Assembly (NCBI GenBank): GCA_002730035.1 | Contig: PBYU01000016.1 | Coordinates: forward strand, 126,098-190,097 | Origin: Gammaproteobacteria bacterium | GTDB lineage: Bacteria > Pseudomonadota > Gammaproteobacteria > Pseudomonadales > Pseudohongiellaceae | Direction of reading: 5' to 3' | Length of the DNA: 64,000 nt | Shown here: positions 18,706 to 28,398 of the stretch, piece after piece | Numbering within the stretch: position 1 is the first letter of the stretch | How the letters are laid out: each line of letters begins with the position of its first letter | Translations under genes and position numbers: made by a program | The notes under the pieces: model-generated | Seen by the model: only the letters and a program-made list of their open reading frames with translations | What the model was told of the DNA's origin: nothing | Databases searched by the model: none

Positions 18706-19111
18706 TTAGGCTGGTTTTACATCGCGGATAGTCACTACATCCCCAGAATAATCCATTCTTTCCCTGCCGTTTGACCAGCATGTTATTGCAGCTGGGGCAG
18801 CGATGAGCAGTTTCAGGGATTCCATTGTCATCGGCCAATGTCACTTTACAACCTTTGCTGTAGCCACTGCAAAACCAATAGCTGCCCTTGTCTGCTCTAA
18901 CCAACCGCCGGGTACAGCTTGGGCAGCGATACTGCTCATCGACATCAGTAGAGGGCTTGCCGTCGAGATCATTCAGAGTGGTCTTGCACTGGGGGAAACC
19001 AGTGCAGCCCCAGAAGGGTCCCAGCTTGCCCTTCAGAGGGCGCAGTGGTTTTCTGCAACTCGGACAATAGTGGATTTTTTTGGAACTTGTCGGTTTGTCT
19101 GCAGTGCTCAT
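18653..19111 (-). CDS. Topoisomerase-type C4 zinc-finger repeat protein (YrdD-like)
   Basis: There are three or four CPxC...GxFWGCxxxPxC repeats (CPSCRKPL..GPFWGCTGFPQC, and CPSCNNML..GLFWGCSDYPRC). ATG 19111 is preferred over TTG 19117. Confidence 0.75.
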   Translation of the reverse strand: MSTADKPTSSKKIHYCPSCRKPLRPLKGKLGPFWGCTGFPQCKTTLNDLDGKPSTDVDEQYRCPSCTRRLVRADKGSYWFCSGYSKGCKVTLADDNGIPETAHRCPSCNNMLVKRQGKNGLFWGCSDYPRCKTSLSDSANRPDFDLFAAKRS

Positions 19112-19127
19112 GGGCAATCCCCATATA

Positions 19128-19147
19128 CTTGTTCAGAGGGTCCCTAA
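19128..19147 (+). repeat. Copy 2 of the conserved 20-nt motif CTTGTTCAGAGGGTCCCTAA
   Basis: This is an exact 20-mer shared with 38211-38230. It fills most of the short spacer between the hisC stop and the zinc-finger gene start. Confidence 0.6.
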
Positions 19148-19149
19148 TT

Positions 19150-20226
19150 TCAGCTTCCTATTATCTGCTGGATAGCCTCCAGCAGAGCACCGTTTTCCGA
19201 ATCACTGCCGATAGAAATGCGCAGGGCGTCTTGTAGTCGATGCTGATCGAAATGGCGCACCAGTATATTGCGCTCCTTCAATGCAAGGTACAGTGGCTGC
19301 GCGCCGATCGATTTCGGTACCTGGCACAGCACAAAATTGGTTTGACTGGGAGAGGTGGCCAGTCCCAGCTCGTTGAGTGCTTTGCTAAGCGATGTTCGGG
19401 ATTCCCGCACTTTTGCCCAGGTATCACGTGCATAGGCGACAGATTCCAAAGCAGCTATGGCCAGGTGTTGCGAAACAGTATCGGTATTGTAGCTATCCCT
19501 GGTTTTATAGAGCATGGGATCGAGCAGCGAAGTCGCCCCGACACCGTAGCCGAATCGCAGGCCCGCCAGGGAATAGCCTTTGGAAAGCGAACGAAGGATT
19601 AATACATTATCGAACGCCTTGACCAGGGGAACCGCATCATACGCCAAGCCAGGATCGACGAAATCCACATAGGCTTCATCGATAACCAGTATGCCTGCAA
19701 AACCTGCTGCCAATTGTGCCAGGTACTCATCGGTCAGCAGCGCGCCAGTGGGCGCATGTGGATTAACCAGAATGCACATCTTGGCGTTACTTTTTAGGAG
19801 TGAATCCAGAAAGTCATCTGGCATTGCCCAATCATCACGCAGTGGAATCTCCAACAGCTTACAGCCCCGAATTTCTGCCAGTACGGGATAGAGCGAATAA
19901 GAGGGTTGGCTAATGACTATCGTCTCATCTGTATCGACATAGGTGGTTAGCAGCAGCCGCAGCAGTTCATCACCGCCGTTTGTTGGAATGATGTTTTCCG
20001 TAGCAACTCCGTGGAGCTTGGCGGCGACAGTGCGAAATGTATTGGCCAGTGGTGGAGGGTAACGGCGCAGACTTTCTATCTGTATCGCCCGCAGGGCAGC
20101 CTCCACTTGGGGACTGGCCGGATAGGGATTCTCATTGGTGTTGAGTTTGATGACCTGACTACCGTCCCTTTGCTCACCGGGTGCGTAGCCCTGCATCTTC
20201 TCGATATTGGGTCGTTCGAAACTCAT
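19150..20226 (-). CDS. hisC: Histidinol-phosphate aminotransferase
   Basis: Class-II aminotransferase motifs typical of HisC are present: NTNENPYPASP, NPHAPTG, and LRSLSKGYSLAGLRFGY with the PLP lysine. Confidence 0.85.
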   Translation of the reverse strand: MSFERPNIEKMQGYAPGEQRDGSQVIKLNTNENPYPASPQVEAALRAIQIESLRRYPPPLANTFRTVAAKLHGVATENIIPTNGGDELLRLLLTTYVDTDETIVISQPSYSLYPVLAEIRGCKLLEIPLRDDWAMPDDFLDSLLKSNAKMCILVNPHAPTGALLTDEYLAQLAAGFAGILVIDEAYVDFVDPGLAYDAVPLVKAFDNVLILRSLSKGYSLAGLRFGYGVGATSLLDPMLYKTRDSYNTDTVSQHLAIAALESVAYARDTWAKVRESRTSLSKALNELGLATSPSQTNFVLCQVPKSIGAQPLYLALKERNILVRHFDQHRLQDALRISIGSDSENGALLEAIQQIIGS

Positions 20227-20321
20227 AGGCGCGGTATCGTATCCTCACCCTCCTATTTAAGAAGCCGAAGGTTATAGCTATCTGCTCACTGCGGCAAGCT
20301 ATCTTCCCGCCACACTCTCCT

Positions 20322-21197
20322 TCAATGGTCGGAACTGCCTGACCTGAGGGAACTGAGAGAAAGGAGGGAAGGGAGTGGCAAATAAGTCTGTAAACGATTT
20401 ACCCACCCCGCCAGCCAGCGCTGCTCGTTACGCTCCACTGGAGCGTTGTCGACCCTTCGTTGCAGCACGATCTCAGCGGAGGCTACGAAATTTTCCAGGC
20501 TTACAGCAGAGGATTGCATCTGCTGAAGTACCTGCAGCAATCCCCATCCCTGGTCCCTATAGCGTTCGGACTGGTTGAGGCCAGTGCCTTTGAAATGCAC
20601 ATAGTCAATCAGCGCGTACAGGCCTAAAGGAGGATGACTGCTGGCGAGACTGTAAATCCGATTCTCCATCTCGGCGCGTTGCTGCGCTTGAAAGCGCCTC
20701 AGGATTTCTTGTAGCGATCTCTCCAGACGCCGGCTGATATAGTCACTTTGTACGTCCTTGGTGGCAGCCAGGAATGTGCGCAATTCTCGCAGTCGAGGGC
20801 TATCCTGCTGCGCCATGAACTGTTCACGACTGACCCATGGCGATTCACGCTGCTGCGGTTCTCTAAGCCACACTGGCAGCGCAACTTGCTGTTCATCGTA
20901 GAAGGCGAGAAGCCCTGGAAAAGTCTCTTCGAACGGCTCACTCTGTTCGGCCTGGTACCAGATGAAATGGCCGATGCCCAGAGATGGAAAGTTTTCTCCG
21001 GGGTTCCAACTGGTCAGGCATTCGAAACGTGCGCCACACTCATTCAGAAAGATTTGTTCTCCCAGCCATTGCGTGTGTTCTTCATTAAAACTAGGAATTT
21101 GGGCCAGAGCCCCCGAAATAAGCGATAACCAGCCCGGCAGAATCCACAAATATCGGTTGAAACTGCTTGAAATTGCTGGCATTTTGATTTGTTCCAC
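20322..21197 (-). CDS. Secreted hypothetical protein
   Basis: 291-aa ORF with a signal-like N-terminus (YLWILPGWLSLISGALAQ). No family recognised. Confidence 0.55.
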   Translation of the reverse strand: MEQIKMPAISSSFNRYLWILPGWLSLISGALAQIPSFNEEHTQWLGEQIFLNECGARFECLTSWNPGENFPSLGIGHFIWYQAEQSEPFEETFPGLLAFYDEQQVALPVWLREPQQRESPWVSREQFMAQQDSPRLRELRTFLAATKDVQSDYISRRLERSLQEILRRFQAQQRAEMENRIYSLASSHPPLGLYALIDYVHFKGTGLNQSERYRDQGWGLLQVLQQMQSSAVSLENFVASAEIVLQRRVDNAPVERNEQRWLAGWVNRLQTYLPLPSLLSLSSLRSGSSDH

Positions 21198-21342
21198 AAT
21201 TTGTCAGAAAAAATTACCATAGAGGCCGATAGTCTTATCAAGGACCCTAGACTACAAGGGATACAGAGATCCAGCGTGGTATTGAGCCTGGATTGCCTCT
21301 CACTAGATGATTAAATCGGCTGGATTGTAGAAAAAAGCACAT

Positions 21343-23593
21343 ATGGCGGAAACAGCAACCACAGATGAAGTAGAAATTGAGCCCCCGGATGACGCGCCTG
21401 CGGAAAAACAGCAGGACGAGTTCGTCGCAAAGCTCTCTAAAATCTACCAGCGTCTGAAATATAGCAAGAAGCTGAAGGTGGCGATGAAGGAGGTCGAGAA
21501 AGACCTGCTCGACCTGCTCGGTGTCAGGCTATTTACCATTTATCAATCGGTTGATAACGGCAAGGAGATTCTCTCCAGTATTCGGGGCGGCGACCCTGAT
21601 GATGATGAGAATTTCGAAATTCGGGTTCCCTTCAGCACGACTTCTCTGTCCGGCTATGTGGCACTCAGTCAACGCTCTCTGGTCGTCAAAAATGTCATGG
21701 ATAGCCAGGAGCTGACTGATATCCATCCGCGGCTGCAATTCGATAGCAGCTTCAGTGAGGCACGCGGCTGGAAGGTTAAGTCGCAGATTGTTGTGCCCAT
21801 TAAAGATGAGATCCTGTTAGGTGTCATGCAGCTGATCAACTTCGAAGGCGACCGCGATTTCACCAAGACTGATCTAAAGCACGCCATGATGGTCAGCCAG
21901 ATGCTGGCCAAGCAATTCAGATCTTCACTGCAAAGCACCCAGGGTCCATATGACTACCTGGTACAGAAGAGCAAAATTTCCGCCGTCGAACTCGAAGAAC
22001 TGCAGACCAGGACATCACTTTACGGGGGTTTCGTCTCTCGTGCCCTGATGGAGGATTTCGATATCGAGGCGGACATGATTGGTAAATCTCTGGAGTATTA
22101 CTACCGTGTTCCCTACATGAAGTACGACTCGGAACACGAATTACCAGTGGACCTGTTGGAAAACATCGGCATCAGCTATCTGAAGAGCAACCAGTGGTTA
22201 CCGGTTGCTGGCAATAAGGAAGAAGCAGTTATCCTTATTGATGATCCATCCGATTACCAGCGGATCATGGAAATCCAGGGTGTCGTCAATGCCCGCAACT
22301 ATGTGTTTCGGGTTGGGCTGCCGGAACACATCATCAAGTTTCTGCGCGGTGGAGGCGGTGAAGATTTTGAGGAAGGCTTCGACGATATCTTCACCGGAAT
22401 GGGTGATGGTGACATTGATGTTGAAGATAGTGATGATGAAGAAGACGAAGGTCTTGCCGCTACACCGACGATTATCCAACTGGTAAACCGCATCATCACT
22501 GAAGCGGATCGCTTGGGCGCATCCGATATTCATATCGAACCAGGCAAGGACGCCGCGCCAGGCGGAGTCAGAATCCGGGTTGATGGTATCTGTCGCGAGC
22601 TTCTGAAGGTTCCCAAGGAGCATTGCGCCGCAATGATTGCCCGTATCAAGGTTATCTCCAGGCTCAATATCGCCGAGAAGCGTTTGCCCCAGGATGGTAA
22701 GTGTAAATTGAAGGTGCGCGGCAAGAAGCTGGAACTGCGTGTCGCTACCGTATCGACGGTACAGGGTGAGAGTGCCGTGATGCGTCTTCTCGCCGCCGGT
22801 AGTGCGATGCCGCTCGATAAGCTGAACAGGGCCTACCGGTTCTGGTAAGACAACTACGCTGCACGCCGTTCTCGGCTATATCAACAAGCCGGAGCGCAAG
22901 ATCTGGACGGCAGAGGACCCGGTGGAGATTACCCAACCGGGCTTGCAGCAGGTACAGATGATTCCCAAGATCGATTTTACGTTTGCCACGGCTATGCGCG
23001 CCTTCCTGCGTGCCGATCCAGACGTGATTCTGATCGGTGAGATGCGTGATGAAGAAACTGCCAGTATTGGTATTGAAGCGTCTTTAACGGGACACCTTGT
23101 ATTGTCCACTTTACATACGAACTCTGCGCCGGAAACGATCACTCGTCTGTTGGACCTGGGATTAGATCCGGTGAACTTCTCCGATGCATTGCTTGGTGTA
23201 TTGGCCCAGCGGCTGATGCGTACCCTATGTCCGAAATGTAAAGCACCCTATAAACCAGATAAGAAAGAATTGGACCACCTGATCGACTCGTACGGAAACA
23301 AGGAACAATTTGACGAAGATTTCAAAGACCTGGATTTCAGCACGCACGAAATAATGGGCCCTGTCGGATGCGATGTTTGTGGTGGTACCGGATACAAGGA
23401 GCGAACCGGTATTCATGAATTGTTGGTAGGAACCCATGATTTGCAGGGAATGATTTACAAGAAAGCCGATCTGGATGACATTCGAACTCAGGCGCTCAAG
23501 GATGGTATGCGCACCATGAAACAGGATGGCATCTACAAGATATTCACCGGTTCCAGCGACTATAAGCAATTGCTGCGGATCGTTGCCGAATAA
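21343..23593 (+). pseudogene. GAF-domain GspE/PilB-family (type II secretion / type IV pilus) ATPase, split by an internal deletion plus frameshift at about 22826-22829
   Basis: ORF 21343-22848 carries a GAF-like region, a T2SSE N-terminal-like region and the start of the ATPase (ASDIHIEP, RLPQDGK). It ends ...PLDKLN then out-of-frame RAYRFW*. In the next frame, GPTGSGKTTT (22829 onward) continues through the Asp and His boxes to 23593. Confidence 0.6.
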
Positions 23594-23993
23594 GCCAGCC
23601 CTCGCATTCTTTGGGTCCGTGGCTGTCCACTCTTCTCCGAAAACCCGCTGTGTTTGTGGGAATAAGTCAGTTTTTGAACCTATCCACTTGGACAGGATCG
23701 TCAATCAGGCTCTAAATCACCCATTAATTTAGTGGGATTTAACCTCAATGTGTCGTGTCGATCACAATTCCGGCTTGAAGTGCGTCAAAGTCTGGGGTTT
23801 TGCTATTTCATTGGGTGAATTCTTCGTTCTATAGTTAGTCTCAACGCAAACCCATCCCTTATATAAGCGTTTAGAAAGTAAACCCACTTCATTGAAGGAA
23901 GCAGGCATGCAACAAATACACAAATCAATAAAACCCATTGTGTGCGGTATCGTCGTATTCATTACATAGGGCATAACAATTGCCAGCGAAACA

Positions 23994-24230
23994 TTGTCGC
24001 GATTTGGGATTCAAGATAACAATATCATCATTTTCTCCGCTGCATTTATTATCGCCGCGGTGTTAGTGAGTAAGAATTGGCTGGTAATAGTCGCGGCTTT
24101 GGTGGGGGTTGTGGCTTTCAACCAGCCTGACGCAGTGTTGCTGAGTTACGGTGTAGATCGGGATGTTCTACTCGCTCTAGTCTGTGGCATCATCCTGGTT
24201 CCTTCCGTTTATAGCTTGATAACGGACTAA
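23994..24230 (+). CDS. Small hypothetical membrane protein
   Basis: 78-aa ORF with three hydrophobic segments and a TTG start. Support is weak. Confidence 0.3.
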   Translation: MSRFGIQDNNIIIFSAAFIIAAVLVSKNWLVIVAALVGVVAFNQPDAVLLSYGVDRDVLLALVCGIILVPSVYSLITD

Positions 24231-24249
24231 CAGCTAGCCAGCCACCGAA

Positions 24250-24708
24250 TCAATTCAATAGCATGGGCGAATCCACTCGGCAGGCTGTGAACGGCCAATT
24301 TCCCTGCTCATAGACCAATTCCATTAGCGCCGTCACCCTATTCTCACCAAAAGTGAGCTGTATCTCGTAGCTGGCCGTCGGCGGGCTGAAACTGACTGGT
24401 ATCAAGGAGACATCGCTGGTGCCACTGATCGACGAGATCGATTCAAGCGAGCCCATGATTCTTGGCACCGAAGCCACGAATGCATTTAGCGATTCCGCAG
24501 GAAGCTGTGCCAACAGTACGGGGTGAGCTAGCTGCACCAGGAGATTGCCGGATGTTGAACTGAAAATTTCCTCGGTGGTGCTAATAGCTAGCTGGCGGCT
24601 GGCTTCATACATACTCGTCTTGCGAAAAATGCCCCACGCAAGGATTGCAACGATGATGGCCAGACTGGCCACGAGACTCGGTAGCAGGAAGGAACGATGT
24701 TTACTCAT
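24250..24708 (-). CDS. Hypothetical membrane-anchored protein
   Basis: 152-aa ORF with an N-terminal TM anchor (FLLPSLVASLAIIVAILAWGIF). No family recognised. Confidence 0.5.
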   Translation of the reverse strand: MSKHRSFLLPSLVASLAIIVAILAWGIFRKTSMYEASRQLAISTTEEIFSSTSGNLLVQLAHPVLLAQLPAESLNAFVASVPRIMGSLESISSISGTSDVSLIPVSFSPPTASYEIQLTFGENRVTALMELVYEQGNWPFTACRVDSPMLLN

Positions 24709-24832
24709 GTCATGAAAAGGGTGGGTAATGCAAAATGCTTTATGAACGAACGGTATTATAGATTGAAAAACTTCAATAAAAACAGTGATAAATGAAGCAC
24801 TCTATTTTGAAAAACACGTTTTACTCGGGTTT

Positions 24833-25045
24833 TTATGCACAAAAACGATCCGCCGCTCGTAAAACCCTTAAAAATAGCAGGTTTTATTTTTGTTCGATCC
24901 TTCTAAAATTCATAAGCTACTGATATCTAAAAGATATATGGTTTGATCAAAATTTGATCAGATTGTGGCATTTACACAGAGTTTCGAGGCTTGCGAGATT
25001 TTTCTACGATTTATGCACTGACTTATCCACAGAATCTGTGGACAA
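24833..25045. promoter_or_regulatory. DnaA-box cluster with clustered GATC sites in a 540-bp AT-rich divergent spacer
   Basis: TTATGCACA 24833-24841 fits TTATNCACA. TTATGCACT 25011-25019 has one mismatch. TTATCCACA 25023-25031 is perfect. TGTGGACAA 25037-25045 has one mismatch and is inverted. GATC occurs at 24847, 24896, 24945 and 24956. Confidence 0.45.
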
Positions 25046-25247
25046 AAAAGTGCCAATTCAGATGGATTTGAAATCCTTTCAAGCTCAAAGGCTTAGTAAT
25101 TATTGTTGAATACAACAGGTAACTAGGAACGCTAAGTAAATGAGTTCTCCCGACAACTGTGTTGAGCAACGACTGAGCGAGGAAGTCATTCTGCCGAGAG
25201 CCCAAATATGCTATGTTTGTCGGCACAGTTCTGTATAGCAGCAACAA

Positions 25248-25883
25248 ATGATTGAGCTAAGCGGCGAAATACCTTTCTTGTGGCGACTCAGTGCCGAGAG
25301 TAGCGAAGGCTACTGTTCAGTCTCCATGGTAGTTCCCTGTCCTCCTGAGACAGATATAAAAGACCTCACTATTGAAACTGGTGTGCTGAGTCTTTCGTCT
25401 GACAGTGCCCGTTCCGAAAAGGAAGAAACCCTGGAGTGGAATCAGGAAGACATTAGCCTGTTCCTGCGCTTGGTCAACCAGAAACAACTCCTCAATAACC
25501 AGCCCATGTCAGACACCGTTCGCGTGGACTTAACCGACCCGGACATTATCGACATTATTCACGTTGTTGCCGCTGCCGGGTTCGGAGTTGCATTCACGTC
25601 CTATGGTCTGCTCAAGCAAACCGATGGCAGCTACCCAATTCACAATTTTGAAATTGGCTCGTTTGCTTCACTTAACACAGTTAGTGGATTCAAACCCTGC
25701 GTAGTTGTCGATGTGGAAGACGACGATGTCGTGTGTGTGTTGTTGGACGATATCGATGTGCGAGAGATCGAAGAATATGATCGACTGTGTCGTCACGACT
25801 TGCTGCTGGTGAAGCGTATGGATGTACTTCATCCAGAATTTTCCGAGAGCAAAGCCAAACCCTCCAGTGCAGTGCTGCACTAG
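25248..25883 (+). CDS. Hypothetical protein
   Basis: 211-aa acidic ORF. No family recognised. Confidence 0.5.
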   Translation: MIELSGEIPFLWRLSAESSEGYCSVSMVVPCPPETDIKDLTIETGVLSLSSDSARSEKEETLEWNQEDISLFLRLVNQKQLLNNQPMSDTVRVDLTDPDIIDIIHVVAAAGFGVAFTSYGLLKQTDGSYPIHNFEIGSFASLNTVSGFKPCVVVDVEDDDVVCVLLDDIDVREIEEYDRLCRHDLLLVKRMDVLHPEFSESKAKPSSAVLH

Positions 25884-25898
25884 GGACCCTAATCCCTC

Positions 25899-27068
25899 TT
25901 AACCCGGAAGATTTTCTACAAATCCGATAATCTCATCGGCTGCCTGTTCGACGGTGAGGTCGACGGTGTTGATAAGCAGCTCCGGATGCTTTGGTGGTTC
26001 GTAGGGACTGTCGAGGCCGGTGAAGTTTTTGATCTCACCGTTGCGGGCTTTCTTGTACAGACCTTTCGGATCGCGTTGCTCGCAGACTTCCAGACTGGCG
26101 TCGATGAAAACCTCGATGAATTCACCTTCATCGAACAGGGTGCGTGCCATATCCCGTTCGGCTCTGAAGGGTGAGATGAAACTGGTGATAACGATGAGAC
26201 CGGCATCCAGCATCAGTTTGGCAGTTTCCGCAACCCGGCGAATGTTTTCGACCCGGTCGGCATCGGTAAAGCCCAGGTCTTTGTTCAGACCGTGGCGTAC
26301 ATTGTCGCCGTCCAGCAAATAGGAATGTTTGGCCTTGGCGATTAGTTTCTTCTCGACCAGATTGGCAATCGTGGATTTGCCCGCTCCAGACAGCCCCGTC
26401 AACCAGATGATCCTGGGAGTCTGCTGCTTGATGCTGGCGCGGCTCTGCCTGTCTACGTCCAGCGCCTGCCAGTGCACATTGCTGGCACGACGCAGACCGT
26501 GCCTGATCTCACCCCTGGCAACCAGCTCACCGGTAGTTCTATCCAGCAATTCGAACTGGCCTGTGGCGTTACAGATTGAGAATGAGTCGAAGACAATCGG
26601 CGTGGTCAATGCGATATTTCCAACCCCGCACTGTTGTGCGCTTAGTGTTGTCGCCGCGATCTGCTGCTGGGATTCTGCCTCGATTCGATACTTGAGCTTG
26701 CTGATGGTGGCTTCGCCGGAACCGCCCACCGCCTTGAGTGTGTAAGTTCTGCCGGGCAGCAGAGCCTGTTCATCCAGCCAGTCAATTTTTGCCTCAAATT
26801 GATCCGCAAATTCAGGACGGATATCGGCTGGTACAATGATGTCGCCGGGCTGCATCGAGACAGAGTAGGTAAGCTCCAGGCTCAGCGCGGTTTCTGGGTT
26901 GGCGGATTGCCGCTGCTGGCTCTCTTGCTGGATAGCCAGAATCGAAGTCTGCTGACCAGACGGCGCAATTGCCACACTGTCATCTTTCTTTAATTCTCCA
27001 CTGACCAGTAGTCCACTAAGCTTGTTGGCTGACTCCACTTCATTGACTAAAAAGCGCATCGGTTCCAT
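25899..27068 (-). CDS. cysC: Adenylyl-sulfate (APS) kinase fused to CysN-like beta-barrel domains II/III, without a GTPase domain
   Basis: The C-terminal half is APS kinase (IIWLTGLSGAGKSTIAN, YLLDGDNVRHGLNKDLGF, ITSFISPFR). The N-terminal ~190 aa align with CysN/EF-Tu domains II-III (LPGRTYTLK, TGQFELLDRTTGELVARGEI). No G1-G4 motifs are present. Confidence 0.8.
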   Translation of the reverse strand: MEPMRFLVNEVESANKLSGLLVSGELKKDDSVAIAPSGQQTSILAIQQESQQRQSANPETALSLELTYSVSMQPGDIIVPADIRPEFADQFEAKIDWLDEQALLPGRTYTLKAVGGSGEATISKLKYRIEAESQQQIAATTLSAQQCGVGNIALTTPIVFDSFSICNATGQFELLDRTTGELVARGEIRHGLRRASNVHWQALDVDRQSRASIKQQTPRIIWLTGLSGAGKSTIANLVEKKLIAKAKHSYLLDGDNVRHGLNKDLGFTDADRVENIRRVAETAKLMLDAGLIVITSFISPFRAERDMARTLFDEGEFIEVFIDASLEVCEQRDPKGLYKKARNGEIKNFTGLDSPYEPPKHPELLINTVDLTVEQAADEIIGFVENLPG

Positions 27069-27094
27069 GTTGTTAGTCTCCTGAATTCACCCGA

Positions 27095-28258
27095 TCAGCC
27101 GGCTCGCTGATTGAAGCGTCGCCCGACAAGCGCTGCACTGATGTTTATTTTCTGAATGTCAATTGCACCACCGGCGATTCCCCAGCCCCAGGCATCCCGA
27201 AGCTTCTGCTCCAGAGGGAACTCTTTGCTATAGCCGTAGCCTCCCATTAATTGCATTGCCTTACCAGTCACCTCTCGCGCCGTCTCGTTGGCGAAACACT
27301 TCGCCACTGAACTCTCGGCAATAGAGGGCAAATCTTGTTCGGCATTGACCACGGCCCGGTACAACAGCAGGCGGGCGGCGTCGAGTTTCATCTTCATCTC
27401 TGCAAGCTGAATCTGTACGGCCTGAAAATCCACCAATGGCTTGCCGAATTGCTGACGATCCTGGACGTAGTCCAGCACGAAATCGAAGGCCGACTGGGCT
27501 ACGGCCAGTGACATGGTTGTATTACCACAGCGTTCCAGGTCGAATGCATCCATGAGTTTGCCGAATCCACCTGCCGGAACCAGGATATTCTCTTCGGGTA
27601 CTCGAACCTCATCCAGGTACATGTCAGCGCTAGTGACGCCTCGAAAACCCATGTGGTGGTCTCGTTTGCCAAAGCTGAATCCCTCGCACTGCTTCGGAAC
27701 CATGACCGCACCGATGCCTTTGGCACCGGGTGCATCAGACATGCGGCAATAGACTATGTAGGCTTCGGAGTGACCCGCACCGGAACACCAGCGCTTGGTG
27801 CCATTGATGATGACCTGCCCCCCCTCTATGCGAGCGTGTGTGGTCAGATCCGTCAACGCCGATCCGGCATTAGGCTCGGACATGGATACAGCGACGATGA
27901 TGTCGCCGCTACACACCTGGGGTAATATCTGCCTCTGCATGGCGTCGTTGCCGAAATGGGCGATCGCCAGGCAGGGCCCAAAACAAGACTCAAATACCGG
28001 GAACGCAACCGCGATGGACACCTTGGCGATCTCTTCCAATACCAGTACGGCATCCAGATGGGACATGCCACCTCCGCCAAACTCCTCAGGCAGATTCACG
28101 CCGAGATAGCCCAGCTCAGCAAATTTCTTTCTCAGCTCGATCCCGGGTGGCTCATCATCTTCCTCGATCTGTCGTGCTATGGCGGGCAGTTCATTTTGTG
28201 CGAATTGCCTGACCGATTGCTGCAGGGCAAGCTGTTCCTCGGACAAGGTAAAGTCCAT
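27095..28258 (-). CDS. Acyl-CoA dehydrogenase
   Basis: ACAD family length and motifs are present (VSMSEPNAGSALTDL, TKRWCSGAG, GGYGYSKEFPLEQKLRDA). Confidence 0.9.
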   Translation of the reverse strand: MDFTLSEEQLALQQSVRQFAQNELPAIARQIEEDDEPPGIELRKKFAELGYLGVNLPEEFGGGGMSHLDAVLVLEEIAKVSIAVAFPVFESCFGPCLAIAHFGNDAMQRQILPQVCSGDIIVAVSMSEPNAGSALTDLTTHARIEGGQVIINGTKRWCSGAGHSEAYIVYCRMSDAPGAKGIGAVMVPKQCEGFSFGKRDHHMGFRGVTSADMYLDEVRVPEENILVPAGGFGKLMDAFDLERCGNTTMSLAVAQSAFDFVLDYVQDRQQFGKPLVDFQAVQIQLAEMKMKLDAARLLLYRAVVNAEQDLPSIAESSVAKCFANETAREVTGKAMQLMGGYGYSKEFPLEQKLRDAWGWGIAGGAIDIQKINISAALVGRRFNQRAG

Positions 28259-28398
28259 ATTTGTCTCCTATTACGTGGCTGCTCATTGTATTGCAACTGA
28301 GCTGGTAACCAAACCGGTGGCAATTTGGGCTCCCAGTCGCCGCCTAGGTTACCAAAACTGCTATAATCGCGCCTTTTTCGTAAACCGCCCCCACAACC

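Noticed and set aside
19128-19147. Reading the 20-nt motif as a sigma-E type (GAACTT-N16-TCTGA) or sigma-54 promoter.
   Set aside because: TCTGA is present in the gene-sense strand. However, no GAACTT-like -35 lies at the required 16-17 nt spacing in any copy, and no GG-N10-GC pattern is present.
25023-25247. 74-aa minus-strand ORF covering the DnaA-box palindrome.
   Set aside because: It has no SD and an AT-rich, odd composition. The region is better explained as regulatory or non-coding.
24709-25247. Calling this spacer the chromosomal replication origin (oriC).
   Set aside because: Only four DnaA-box-like sites are present, and I could not define a clear 13-mer DUE array. There are no dnaA/dnaN or gidA/mioC neighbours, and the flanking gene orientation is not cleanly divergent. 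I kept it as a DnaA-box cluster finding only.
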